From positions 28,396,001 through 28,460,000 of the forward strand of contig OZ249439.1 of the NCBI GenBank assembly GCA_965235115.1: 64,000 bases of DNA, in the 5' to 3' direction. Shown here piece after piece: positions 1 to 13,485 of this stretch. Position 1 is the first letter of the stretch, and each line of letters opens with the position of its first letter. Source of the stretch: Laetmonice hystrix (taxonomy: Eukaryota). Below the pieces are notes generated by a model. It was given only the letters and a program-made list of their open reading frames with translations, made no database searches and was not told the origin of the DNA. A program made the translations under genes and the position numbers.

Positions 1-981
1 TAGGGGCGCCTTTTATCTCCAGGTAATGAAGCTGATGATGGCCAAGCGTGCCGCCCTCCTTAGCGCACACCAAAGGTGACCACCCCTCCACATGCAGTGG
101 TTACGTCTATCCCTGTGTCTCAGAATAGACAGTACAGAATACACAGTACATGTGTACACACCAGGTGCTGCCGCCCCTCCCAATATGATGACGACCTGTA
201 CTAAAACGTGTATTATAGACATCCAGGCTCGGTGGGCCTACTCTCCACACAGGCCATGGGCGCCGGAACTAAAGGTTTATAATGCCCTCCAATGTTGACA
301 ATTTTCCTATACTTCCCCCAAAGGCTTTCAACATCAAGTAGAAACGCTATCATAGGTAATACCTGCCTTTTAGCTTCGAAAAGAACGATAATCTGGACAT
401 ATTAACAAGAATTCGTCAGTCGTGCACCGTCAACCCGTTCTTGCGCATTGAGACGTCATTTCAACCGGGACTAGAAACGGACGGGGGAATTCCCTGGTGT
501 CACGTGACGCGCACCTGTCAGTTGAGGTTCTCAGCCAATACTTTCGTAGCTGTAACCGACTACGACGACCCTTCCTAATACTTGAATGGGTAACGACTAA
601 ATTGTTCACCGTGATGCCATGTTCAAATCAGAAATTACCCATTTGCAGTCCAAACGTCCAAAATCTCGCCTGTCTAGAACGATCTCAGCAAGCCCGGCAT
701 TGTCAGTGACATTGACAGTCGACGGTGAGCCAAGTGGGTCTCCTCGTCCAGTCTCTCGTGGGACTGACCCCCCCCCCCCCCCCCATCACCCATCCGACCT
801 GGCCGCCTCTAGCCTAGCCCCGACAACCCCGGCCTCGATTGATTCAGGATCGGTCCTCGCTTGCTGGCAGACAGCTGCAGCATGCACATGCTCAAACAGA
901 TATAGACCGGAACTTCAAAGGAACTGTGACGTCAACGGACTTCCGGACAGTGCCACAATGGCTGCTCTGCCGTGCGATTTT

Positions 982-1098
982 GACACGGTTGTCGTGTTCG
1001 TCATATGACTTCTTGCAATGGGGGGGACATTTATTTCCAACCACTACTGTGAAAGGTGCTGGAGGCCTTGCGGCTGTCTAAATGTGATTTTTGACAAG
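982..1098 (+). repeat. Dispersed repeat, copy 1 (inverted copy at 9431-9555)
   Basis: gacacggttgtc.tgttcg.catatgacttcttg...ggggacatttatttccaac.actactgtgaaagg...tggaggccttgcggc.gtc.aaatgtgatttttgacaag present in both copies; probably a TE fragment. Confidence 0.85.
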
Positions 1099-1788
1099 TC
1101 GTTGCCTTTAAGGCTGGCACAGAAAAATCGTATTTCACAAGAAAGGAGTTCACTTAGACACTGGCGTCTAAATCACGCCCGCTCACACATAGACCTAGAG
1201 CCGCTGAGAATTATACATTTCCCTTCCCCTCCTATTTTCAAATATATCTGCCACTTATTCAGCCACTTTCTGACAAATCCCATCTGAGAGACGTGTTGAA
1301 TGTTTCGCTGACTTGTAATATCTATACGGGAATGGTGCCATATATCCATTTGCCACACACCAACCATGCAGTCCCCCACCGCGCAGGCAACGCAGCTGTC
1401 ACTCTGACGACTTTTCAATTTAAACGCAAATTTCACCGAGTCTGGATATCTGTTACAGTTGGCCGAAAGCATGTGGAAATCAGAATTTTCGATCTGACTT
1501 ATTGATTGTATGAACAAGAGGTAATTTGTTGGCCAGTCAACCGATCAGTGACTAACGACCAAGTCTTGCCCGTTTCGCGAGGCTGGGCGATGTACACGGG
1601 GCGGACATCTATCATCCAGGATCAGATGCCCCCAGCTATAATTAGAACCGACACCGGGTTTCTGAGCTCGAGTACAGGGAGACCGTTTGACCTGATAGAA
1701 ACGGTTGATGTGTATACGGCGAACTCCGCCAGCTAACTGTTCGATACTATACTGGACCTCAGTGTACCTGAAGTCGACTATAGCTGCC

Positions 1789-2017
1789 TGCGATACGCAC
1801 TGCAATACACACTGCGATACGCCCTGTGATACGCACTGTGATACGCACTGCGATACGCACTGCGATACGCACTGCGATACGCACTGCGATACGCACTGCG
1901 ATACGCACTGCGATACGCACTGCGATACGCACTGCGATACGCACTGCGATATGCACTGCCATACGCACTGCAATACGCACTGCAATATGCACTGCAATAC
2001 GCACTGCGATACGCACT
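1789..2017. repeat. 12-bp tandem repeat (TGCGATACGCAC), about 19 copies
   Basis: Direct inspection; source of the QCVS/THCD/AIRT ORFs. Confidence 0.97.
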
Positions 2018-2632
2018 ATTGTCATGTGCACAACTTCCGACGTGGCTGCACAACGCTGTCATAATTATTACAGCGTATAATTATTGCTTATAATATTATT
2101 CTGAAAAATGGCCATACGAAAGCACCTTTTGTGTTCTTTTCTTTTACTGGGAGACTGGCTCGGTAGACCGTAATCAATGTGATCTCAATGAACGTATACC
2201 AATTGTTTACTGTAGGATTCTACCAGTTAACAGTACACCCAGCGCCTCCATGGAGTAGGTCAGTCCAGACACCCCCTGACCCTTGGAGGGCATCGAGTGC
2301 AGCCGTTCAAAGACAGCCTGGGATGAGGAATGGAGCGTCGGGCCGAATCTGTTGTCTGTACCTTGGGGCCATCACGAAACTCTTATAGGTCCCAGGATGT
2401 TATACTTCGAGTGCTGAACAGTCCCAACTCGGCCCATCTCTGTCTGTGTGTGTGTTTGTGGACTTCGAATACTGTGGGAACAAATACAGTAGTCCTGTTT
2501 GCTGATCAATAAAAGTCTGATAGACCCCGGACCACAATGGTCCGAGCGGCGGGCCAGTGGATGGTCGGAGCCCGACAGTTTATTAGGACCGTCCGAGACC
2601 CTCTGGCCCTCATCAAACACCGACCACACGAC

Positions 2633-3845
2633 CGCACTCACCGACCTCCCCCAGCGCCATCTATCCGTCCCCACTCACTGCCCTCCCCCAGCGCCATCTA
2701 GCCACCCGACCGCACTCACTGCCCTCCCCATGCGCCATCTATCCGACCCCACTCACTGCCCTCCCCCAGCGCCATCTACCCACCCGACCCCACTCACTGC
2801 CCTCCCCCAGCGCCATCTACCCACCCGACCCCACTCACTGCCCTCCCCCAGCGCCATCTATCCACACGACCGCACTCACTGCCCTCCCCCAGGTCCATCT
2901 AACCGACCGCACTCACTGCCCTCCCCCAGCGCCATCTACCCACCCGACCGCACTCACTGCCCTCCCCCAGCGCCATCTACCCACCCGACCGCACTCACTG
3001 CCCTCCCCCAGCGCCATCTAACCGACCCCACTCACTGCCCTCCCCCAGCGCCATCTAACCGACCCCACTCACTGCCCTCCCCCAGTGCCATCTAGCCACC
3101 CGACCGCACTCACTGCCCTCCCCCAGCGCCATCTACCCACCCGACCCCACTCACTGCCCTCCCCCAGCGCCATCTACCCACCCGACCCCACTCACTGCCC
3201 TCCCCCAGCGCCATCTACCCACCCGACCCCACTCACTGCCCTCCCCAGCGCCATCTACCCGACCCCACTCACTGCCCTCCCCCAGCGCCATCTACCAAAC
3301 CGACCCCACTCACTGCCCTCCCCCAGCGCCATCTAACCGACCCCACTCACTGCCCTCCCCCAGCGCCATCTAGCCACCCGACCCCACTCACTGCCCTTCC
3401 CCAGCGCCATCTAGCCACCCGACCCCACTCACTGCCCTCCCCAGCGCCATCTAACCGACCCCACTCACTGCCCTCCCCCAGCGCCATCTACCTGACCCCA
3501 CTCACTGCCCTCCCCCAGCGCCATCTACCCGACCCCACTCACTGCCCTCCCCCAGCGCCATCTACCCAACCGACCCCACTCACTGCCCTCCCCCAGCGCC
3601 ATCTAGCCACCCGACCCCACTCACTGCCCTCCCCCAGCGCCATCTACCCAACCGACCCCACTCACTGCCCTCCCCCAGCGCCATCTAGCCACCCGACCCC
3701 ACTCACTGCCCTTCCCCAGCGCCATCTAGCCACCCGACCCCACTCACTGCCCTCCCCAGCGCCATCTAACCGACCCCACTCACTGCCCTCCCCCAGCGCC
3801 ATCTATCCGACCCCACTCACTGCCCTCCCCCAGCGCCATCTATCG
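2633..3845. repeat. 37-41-bp C-rich minisatellite (CACTCACTGCCCTCCCCCAGCGCCATCTA...), about 30 copies
   Basis: Direct inspection; strong C/G strand skew. Confidence 0.97.
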
Positions 3846-4240
3846 GTCCATCCCACCTCCCACTCTACATGATCCAACCCATTGTGTGCCGCATTATAAG
3901 ACACACTTACACATACGGTCAGTATCGATCATCGTTCGGCTACCACTGATCATAATCTCCATTGAATTGCGTATTTTGTCTACCACGCGCCCACTTTCTC
4001 TATTGGAGTCCCCACAAGTCCCCACGTCTGCCCAGCTCCTCTATCGCCCAAATTACCCGACCACCACCACCTCCGACCATCACGTAAATTGTTCTTTTAT
4101 TTCCCTGACGGTTCGCCACAGACATTCGTCTGGCAATTTGAGGTATGGTAACCCATTAGGGGTGTATCGGGGGGGGGGGGGGTAATTGTATAACATGTTT
4201 CCCTAGCTCGCCCTTGGTAAAGTTACCCCCTTACCGATGA

Positions 4241-4688
4241 TTTATTAGCATCTGATCTGTCCATGTGCAGGTGTCCATACCTGGCGGTAATAGCGTGATG
4301 GGACTATATTTATTAACAGCTGATCTGTCCATGTACAGGTGTCCATACCTGGCGGTAATAGCGTGATGGGACTATATTTATTAACAGCTGATCTGTCCAT
4401 GTACAGGTGTCCATACCTTTATTAGCATCTGATCTGTCCATGTACAGGTGTCCATACCTGGCGATAATAGCGTGATGGGACTATATTTATTAGCATCTGA
4501 TCTGTCCATGTGCAGGTGTCCATACCTGGCGGTAATAGCGTGATGGGACTATATTTATTAGCATCTGATCTGTCCATGTGCAGGTGTCCATACCTGGCGG
4601 TAATAGCGTGATGGGACTATATTTATTAGCATCTGATCTGTCCATGTGCAGGTGTCCATACCTGGCGGTAATAGCGTGATGGGACTAC
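4241..4688. repeat. 68-bp tandem repeat, about 7 copies (one truncated)
   Basis: Unit tttattagcatctgatctgtccatgtgcaggtgtccatacctggcggtaatagcgtgatgggactata. Confidence 0.95.
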
Positions 4689-4888
4689 ACTTGACACTCA
4701 GGTCCACGCCGCGATGATCTGTGTCACAGGTATCAATATAAGCGAGGTGTGGGGGCAGGTGGCTATAATAACGCGTTAATCCCCCACGAGTTCTCTGGTT
4801 TCTGTCACTCCTCTGTGTAGAATACCGCTGAGAACTTGCCTTGTTCGACAGCCAAGCGGGGACTCCTATCAGTTGTCTACTATATGGC

Positions 4889-5063
4889 TAAACCTATAGG
4901 TCAGCGAGTTAGAATGAGACTTGAGTCTCAGTCATGAAGACTATTTTAAACCTATAGGTCAGCGAGTTAGAATGAGACTTGAGTCTCAGTCATGAAGACT
5001 ATTTTAAAGCTATGGGTCAGCGAGTTAGAATGAGACTCGAGTCTCAGTCATGAAGACTATTTT
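4889..5063. repeat. 59-bp tandem repeat x3 with internal hairpin
   Basis: Each unit has TGAGAC-TTGA-GTCTCA; the third has the perfect palindrome TGAGACTCGAGTCTCA. Confidence 0.93.
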
Positions 5064-5713
5064 AAGCTTTTCTCATCGACTAACCCTGTTTTACAACCTA
5101 TAGCCTCTGGTACTGTGACCATAATCACTCGAATCTCCGCACTAGTCAATAACAAAATAACATTAAAGTTGACTTTGACTTTCTGTATTTTTAATATTTG
5201 ATTTTTTTTTACGAATCTCCCAGCATTAATCGGTACAAGTCGCTGAATGATATGAAACATCGAGAATGAAACGCACGCTCTTTAAGTGTCGGTCTCTAGC
5301 AATTGAATTTCCGTGCCGGTAACAAATTAACAACCAGTTAATGCATAGCAATTTACCATTATTAATTTTAAGTTGTACAACACAATTATCACATTCAAAC
5401 ATCGAACATTGATCATTTCCCCCTGGGAATACTCAGTCCCATCTTCCATTTTTCTTTCACTACGTTAAAAAGTGAAGATAACTAGAAATTCTCTCTAGAA
5501 GCATGAATTGGAATATTAATCATATCTGTAAATGATATGACCAACATTTGCAACGTTTCCCCTGAGCCCCCGTTTTTCTGTCCTTATTTACATACGCCTG
5601 TCCCAGTTTCATGGAAGTTGCTCTAATGTTTCAAGCATGGCCGACAACCATTACCAAGGACATTCATTACTGCGTTCTTCATGGTCATACTCATTCAGCG
5701 TGGCTTCGAGATG

Positions 5714-6142
5714 GCATGTAAGTAGTATAGAAATGTCCCTATTACGAAATACAGCATGTAAGTAGTATAAGGAAATGTCCCTATTACGAAATACAGCATG
5801 TTGTAAATAGTATGGAAATGTCCCTATTACGAAATACAGCATGTAAGTAGTATATGGAAATGTCCCTATTACGGCATGTAAGTAGTATATGGAAATGTCC
5901 CTATTACGAAATACAGCATGGAAATGTCCCTATTACGAAATACAGCATGTAAGTAGTATGTGGAAATGTCCCTATTACGAAATACAGCATGTAAGTAGTA
6001 TATGGAAATGTCCCTATTACGAAATACAGCATGTAAGTAGTATATGGAAATGTCCCTATTACGAAATACGGCATGTAAGTAGTATATGGAAATATCCCTA
6101 TTACGAAATACGGCATGTAAGTAGTATATGGAAATGTCCCTT
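5714..6142. repeat. About 42-bp tandem repeat, about 10 copies
   Basis: Unit gcatgtaagtagtatatggaaatgtccctattacgaaataca with length variants. Confidence 0.95.
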
Positions 6143-6873
6143 ACAACATTCAGCATGCCCGTTAAACAGTGGGCGGCCGTATCTCCGGGTTTAACCCTTG
6201 ACCCCCAAACAAAGGGCTCCATCAAATTCACCGGATTAATGCTACAGTTGCCCTTAAACAAGAGGGATTTGTACAACGAATGGATGATGGTAGGAGGACG
6301 GTCCGATCCTGTTGTATCGAGGGCACTCAACTGCGGCGAGGCATGGCCAGCAGGTGACAATGTGGGGATCACTTGGCCCTACCTCATTCGTTAACGTACG
6401 CACACACGCGACAAAATATTGACAGAGCGGTATTTACATCAAAACGCAAGCCAGGAATAATGATCGAGCGACAAAATATTGACAGAATGGTAGTCACATC
6501 TGAATAGAATGTAGGGATGGTCGCAACTCGGGAATTTGTTCCTACAACACAGTCTACGATGACAACATCATCCGCATCAACGCAGTGCTGTCACGTCTTA
6601 CTATTTTGTAACTAATTTTCTTTTTTTTTGAGGGATTAAAATAACAAATTATATCCTCCAAGCCTCCGTATATACCCGTCCCACAATGTGTACGGTCAGA
6701 CGAACGGCTCACACTTGGTTTTAAATCATCGGATATTTAGGCATCATAAAATGATATGAAATTAAGGGGAGCAAGTGGTGTAGGGTCAAACCCTTTTTTG
6801 AGCACTTACAGGATCTGGAGCCTAGACTAACTGTACTCAGCGCACCCCCACTCGACCACCAGCCAGGTGTGAG

Positions 6874-7424
6874 CAGACACGACCTCACTCAGACACCCTT
6901 GGTGTACTTAGACACCCCGACCCTGCAGTGAGAGTAATTTATGGTCCAACACAGACACGACCTCACTCAGACCCCCTTGGTATACTTAGACACCCCGACC
7001 CTTGAGTGGGAGTAACTCATGGTCTCCAGATCAGACACGACCTCACTCAGACACCCTCGGCGTACTTAAGACACCCCGACCCTGGGGTGGGAGTAACTCA
7101 TGGTCTCCAGATCAGACACGACTTCACTCAGACACCCTCGGTATACTTAGACACCCCGACCCTGGAGTGGGGGTAACTTATGGTCCAACACAGACACGAC
7201 CTCACTCAGACCCCCTTGGTATACTTAGATACCCCGACCCTGGGGTGGGAGTAACTTATGGTCTCCAGATCAGACACGACCTCACTCAGACACCCTCGGT
7301 ATACTTAGACACCCCGACCCTGGAGTGGGGGTAACTTATGGTCTCCAGATCAGACACGACCCCACTCAAGACACCCTCGCTGTACTTAGACACCCCGACC
7401 CTGGAGTGGGAGTAACTTATGGTC
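6874..7424. repeat. About 80-bp tandem repeat, about 7 copies
   Basis: Unit cagacacgacctcactcagacaccct.ggtatacttagacaccccgaccctggagtgggagtaacttatggtctccagat. Confidence 0.93.
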
Positions 7425-7907
7425 TCTAGCACCACGTCGTACGTCACTGGTGAGGATGTTCTCACGGTCCTTGAAGACTCACGTATTTAAACTCCATTTA
7501 TGTTTACGAAACTGACCCCTGTTCACACAGGCGTGACATACCGTATATAATCATGATGTTAATAAAAGCGTCAAACCTTCGTCTACCCATATGTCTGATA
7601 ATAATGAAATGTTCGTTTCAGGTTCAATTTTTTGAGTGCATACTTTTTTTTTATACACCCTGTACAGTTGTAAGTCTGCTGAGAACGGAAGGGGAGTAGA
7701 TTTGGTTCTAGGTGTGCATCAAGTGATAGAGAGGTACACTGTACCAATTAAAGGAAGACCCACCCTTTCCGTAGGTCTCCTAAAAGGATGAATGGGAAGT
7801 CACGTTATGAGTAGCCTATACTGTGAAGAGCGGGGAGATTAGCTGCCACGTTTTGAGGATTCCATCATGTGCCGCCGCTAACGGAGGCGACAAACTTACT
7901 GACTCAC

Positions 7908-8004
7908 CTGTCTCAACGGGCTCGGGCTCCTCCTGCGCCGTGTGCGGGGCATTGGCCGCGGCATCGTTCACCCACACGTAGGCATTGGGGGTGGCCCTGG
8001 CCAT
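7908..8004 (-). CDS. Candidate alternative first coding exon D (MARATPNAYVWVNDAAANAPHTAQEEPEPVET-G)
   Basis: ggcATGG context, 32 codons +1 nt with C/G-ending codons, consensus donor CAG|GTGAGT (phase 1). Preceded by about 650 bp of GC-rich UTR-like sequence and a MEF2-type CTAAATATAG (8648-8657). Confidence 0.55.
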
Positions 8005-9430
8005 GCCCCGCGTCGCATCCTCCTCCCGCCCCGCCAACTCCTATAGCCCGGGAGCACCCGGCGCACCGCCCGGCGTGCTACTCTCACCCGGGCCCGGTTC
8101 TCACTCAGCCACGTGACGACTCGTCTGGCTGTCTGTGTCTGTAACGTTCCCCACCTCCAGGTAATGCAATCCCTCCCACGGTAACACTCCGTATACACTC
8201 CGGTAAGCCACAGCTGTCACAGCATCCAGGTCACCTCCAACCTCTGATCGCGATGACGGTGACCGTCCAGTGTCACCGTCATGATGGCTAGTGACTGGAG
8301 ACTGTTCGTCAGCGGGAGGGTGCAGCCTCTCAGTGCGGCCCCAGTCTGCAGTCTTCTCTCCGCCTCGACACCACCTGCAGTAACAGCATCTGCCTGCCTC
8401 ACGCTGCAGCAGCAGCTGCCGGTCCTATTGACGATGCTGAGGAGGCTGCCACGCACAGAAAGATGCACTGGAGGATGACGGTTAGCCACCGCCATCCCCG
8501 TCGCTCAGCACCTCCTGTAGCCGTCCCCCTCCCACCGAGTTGGTTCCACCACCAGCCACCAGTGTCTAGGCTCGCCTCAGTCTGTGCGCGGGTAGACTGC
8601 CCCCCAGGGCTCGTGTCATGGGTCATGTCAAATAGGGCAGGCGCTCGCTAAATATAGAAACAACAGGCTGGCGAAGACTGGCGGCAGCGGCTGACTGATC
8701 GAGTCGTGACGTTTGGCCCAATCCCCGCGCTCGCTGCTCGCCTAGTGTTGACGACCTCCATCCAAACCCGATCACTAACACAACATTCTCTATTCACGGC
8801 ACGATCTTGTTTCGTGACCCGGTAACCTTTTTCTCCATCTGCGCATGATTGAAATCCGTACGGCCCTCACACCTCCACACACCAGACAACCTTCCCAGGC
8901 CTGCCAACCACCCCCCAGCCCTTACATTAACCCCTGACAGCCCATGCGACCTCGCACTGAACACTGCCTGACACATAAGCCCAATTCTCTATACTACTAT
9001 GGCATGCCAGCCATGCGTTCCACATAAACCCGTCCGCCCCCACCTCCAAAGGTGTGGCCGGACCTGCCAGATGTGATCCGTACCATATACAGCCCTACAC
9101 GACATCATTAACAGTGGTATCAGTGATTTGTTTTTTCGATTAAATCAGACCGAATCTACGCCACACCACTGCAATGTATCGGATCGGCGTCCGTAAACGG
9201 CGCCACCTGGCGTCAATCAGGGATATCTGTGTAGGTGGCAAACATCGATATTTGTTCACGCTCCTAAACCGGCAATTTACACATTTCAGACTCTCAACCG
9301 GCAACGCACGTCCGGAGGTGAATTACCTGAAGCAATAGATTGTCTAATTACAGGAGGAGTAATTACAACAGTTTCCAATTCCATAATATTTTATTCTTGT
9401 CATACCTCCCCGTTTAGTTAAAGACAAAGG

Positions 9431-9555
9431 CTTGTCAAAAATCACATTTGGACCGCCGCAAGGCCTCCATGTACATACTCACCTTTCACAGTAGTAGTTG
9501 GAAATAAATGTCCCCGGATTCCAAGAAGTCATATGTCGAACATGACAACCGTGTC
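9431..9555 (-). repeat. Dispersed repeat, copy 2 (inverted relative to 982-1098)
   Basis: Reverse complement aligns by eye to 982-1098 with a short indel. Confidence 0.85.
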
Positions 9556-9700
9556 TAAACTACTTCAGTACCATATGTGTTCAAATCCTTTCTAACTTGC
9601 TTAGAATATCACGGCCTGTGAGCCTGGACTGTACAAACTGGCGCAAGTCTTTTCTTTTAACTCACAATATTTAGGAAACATAAGTGAACTACAAAATAGA

Positions 9701-12700
9701 GCCTTCATACTGGAGACGTCTGAGACCTGATACTACCGGTCGTCAGGGCACAACACGTGGACGGCCTTCATACTGGGGACGTCTGAGACCTGATACTACC
9801 GGTCGTCAGGACACAACACGTGGACGGCCTTCATACTGGAGACGTCTGAGACCTGATACTACCGGTCGTCAGGACACAACACGTGGACGGCCTTCATACT
9901 GGAGACGTCTGAGACCTGATACTACCGGTCGTCAGGACACAACACGTGGACGGCCTTCATACTGGAGACGTCTGAGACCTGATACTACCGGTCGTCAGGA
10001 CACAACACGTGGACGGCCTTCATACTGGGGACGTCTGAGACCTGATACTACCGGTCGTCAGGACACAACACGTGGACGGCCTTCATACTGGAGACGTCTG
10101 AGACCTGATACTACCGGTCGTCAGGACACAACACGTGGACGGCCTTCATACTGGGGACGGCTAGACCTGATACTACCGGTCGTCAGGACACAACACGTGG
10201 ACGGCCTTCATACTGGAGACACCTAGACCTGATACTACCGGTCGTCAGGACACAACACGTGGACGGCCTTCATACTGGGGACGTCTGAGACCTGATACTA
10301 CCGGTCGTCAGGACACAACACGTGGACGGCCTTCATACTGGAGACACCTAGACCTGATACTACCGGTCGTCAGGACACAACACGTGGACGGCCTTCATAC
10401 TGGGGATGGCTAGACCTGATACTACCGGTCGTCAGGACACAACACGTGGACGGCCTTCATACTGGAGACGTCTGAGACCTGATACTACCGGTCGTCAGGA
10501 CACAACACGTGGACGGCCTTCATACTGGAGACGTCTGAGACCTGATACTACCGGTCGTCAGGACACAACACGTGGACGGCCTTCATACTGGAGACGTCTG
10601 AGACCTGATACTACCGGTCGTCAGGACACAACACGTGGACGGCCTTCATACTGGAGACGTCTGAGACCTGATACTACCGGTCGTCAGGACACAACACGTG
10701 GACGGCCTTCATACTGGAGACGTCTGAGACCTGATACTACCGGTCGTCAGGACACAACACGTGGACGGCCTTCATACTGGAGACGTCTGAGACCTGATAC
10801 TACCGGTCGTCAGGACACAACACGTGGACGGCCTTCATACTGGGTACGTCTAGACCTGATACTATACCGGTCGTCAGGACACAACACGTGGACGGCCTTC
10901 ATACTGGAGACGTCTGAGACCTGATACTACCGGTCGTCAGGACACAACACGTGGACGGCCTTCATACTGGGGACGTCTGAGACCTGATACTACCGGTCGT
11001 CAGGACACAACACGTGGACGGCCTTCATACTGGAGACGTCTGAGACCTGATACTACCGGTCGTCAGGACACAACACGTGGACGGCCTTCATACTGGAGAC
11101 GTCTGAAACCTGATACTACCGGTCGTCAGGACACAACACATGGACGGCCTTCATACTGGAGACGTCTGAGACCTGATACTACCGGTCGTCAGGACACAAC
11201 ACGTGGACGGCCTTCATACTGGGGACGTCTTGGACCTGATACTACCGGTCGTCAGGACACAACACGTGGACGGCCTTCATACTGGAGACGTCTGAGACCT
11301 GATACTACCGGTCGTCAGGACACAACACGTGGACGGCCTTCATACTGGAGACGTCTTGGACCTGATACTACCGGTCGTCAGGACACAACACGTGGACGGC
11401 CTTCATACTGGGGATGGCTAGACCTGATACTACCGGTCGTCAGGACGCAACACGTGGACGGCCTTCATACTGGGGACGTCTGAGACCTGATACTACCGGT
11501 CGTCAGGACACAACACGTGGACGGCCTTCATACTGGGGACGTCTAGACCTGATACTACCGGTCGTCAGGACACAACACGTGGACGGCCTTCATACTGGAG
11601 ACGTCTGAGACCTGATACTACCGGTCGTCAGGACACAACACGTGGACGGCCTTCATACTGGAGACGTCTGAGACCTGATACTACCGGTCGTCAGGACACA
11701 ACACGTGGACGGCCTTCATACTGGAGACGTCTGAGACCTGATACTACCGGTCGTCAGGACACAACACGTGGACGGCCTTCATACTGGAGACGTCTGAGAC
11801 CTGATACTACCGGTCGTCAGGGCACAACACGTGGACGGCCTTCATACTGGAGACGTCTGAGACCTGATACTACCGGTCGTCAGGACACAACACGTGGACG
11901 GCCTTCATACTGGAGACGTCTGAGACCTGATACTACCGGTCGTCAGGGCACAACACGTGGACGGCCTTCATACTGGAGACGTCTGAGACCTGATACTACC
12001 GGTCGTCAGGACACAACACGTGGACGGCCTTCATACTGGAGACGTCTGAGACCTGATACTACCGGTCGTCAGGACACAACACGTGGACGGCCTTCATACT
12101 GGAGACGTCTGAGACCTGATACTACCGGTCGTCAGGACACAACACGTGGACGGCCTTCATACTGGAGACGTCTGAGACCTGATACTACCGGTCGTCAGGA
12201 CACAACACGTGGACGGCCTTCATACTGGAGACGTCTGAGACCTGATACTACCGGTCGTCAGGACACAACACGTGGACGGCCTTCATACTGGGGACGTCTA
12301 GACCTGATACTACCGGTCGTCAGGACACAACACGTGGACGGCCTTCATACTGGAGACACCTAGACCTGATACTATACCGGTCGTCAGGACACAACACGTG
12401 GACGGCCTTCATACTGGGGACGTCTGAGACCTGATACTACCGGTGATCAGGACACAACACGTGGACGGCCTTCATACTGGGGACGTCTGAGACCTGATAC
12501 TACCGGTGATCAGGACACAACACGTGGACGGCCTTCATACTGGAGACACCTAGACCTGATACTATACCGGTCGTCAGGACACAACACGTGGACGGCCTTC
12601 ATACTGGGGACGTCTGAGACCTGATACTACCGGTCGTCAGGACACAACACGTGGACGGCCTTCATACTGGGGACGTCTGAGACCTGATACTACCGGTCGT

Positions 12701-13485
12701 CAGGACGCAACACGTGGACGGCCTTCATACTGGAGACGTCTGAGACCTGATACTACCGGTCGTCAGGACACAACACGTGGACGGCCTTCATACTGGGGAC
12801 GTCTTGGACCTGATACTACCGGTCGTCAGGACACAACACGTGGACGGCCTTCATACTGGAGACGTCTTGGACCTGATACTACCGGTCGTCAGGACACAAC
12901 ACGTGGACGGCCTTCATACTGGAGACGTCTGAGACCTGATACTACCGGTCGTCAGGACACAACACGTGGACGGCCTTCATACTGGAGACGTCTGAGACCT
13001 GATACTACCGGTCGTCAGGACACAACACGTGGACGGCCTTCATACTGGGGACGGCTAGACCTGATACTACCGGTCGTCAGGACACAACACGTGGACGGCC
13101 TTCATACTGGGGACGGCTAGACCTGATACTACCGGTCGTCAGGACACAACACGTGGATGGCCTTCATACTGGAGACGTCTGAGACCTGATACTACCGGTC
13201 GTCAGGACACAACACGTGGATGGCCTTCATACTGGAGACGTCTGAGACCTGATACTACCGGTCGTCAGGACACAACACGTGGACGGCCTTCATACTGGGG
13301 ACGGCTAGACCTGATACTACCGGTCGTCAGGACACAACACGTGGACGGCCTTCATACTGGAGACGTCTGAGACCTGATACTACCGGTCGTCAGGACACAA
13401 CACGTGGACGGCCTTCATACTGGGGATGGCTAGACCTGATACTACCGGTCGTCAGGACGCAACACGTGGACGGCCTTCATACTGG
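9701..13485. repeat. 63-bp minisatellite, about 60 copies
   Basis: Unit ccttcatactggagacgtctgagacctgatactaccggtcgtcaggacacaacacgtggacgg; no unique spacers; all three minus frames closed. Confidence 0.98.

Noticed and set aside
23-290. Possible + strand small exons (VMKLMMAKRAALLSAHQR; GSVGLLSTQAMGAGTK) at the window start
   Set aside because: Splice signals are plausible but several incompatible readings exist on both strands; cannot be resolved without the upstream sequence.
7620-7665. Solo Tc1/mariner-like end (…TATACACCCTGTA); another at 58628
   Set aside because: No partner TIR found, so no element could be delimited.
9701-13485. CRISPR-like regular repeat array (also considered for 27972-28326 with its hairpin unit)
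   Set aside because: Units are contiguous with no unique spacers, there are no cas genes, and the context is eukaryotic.
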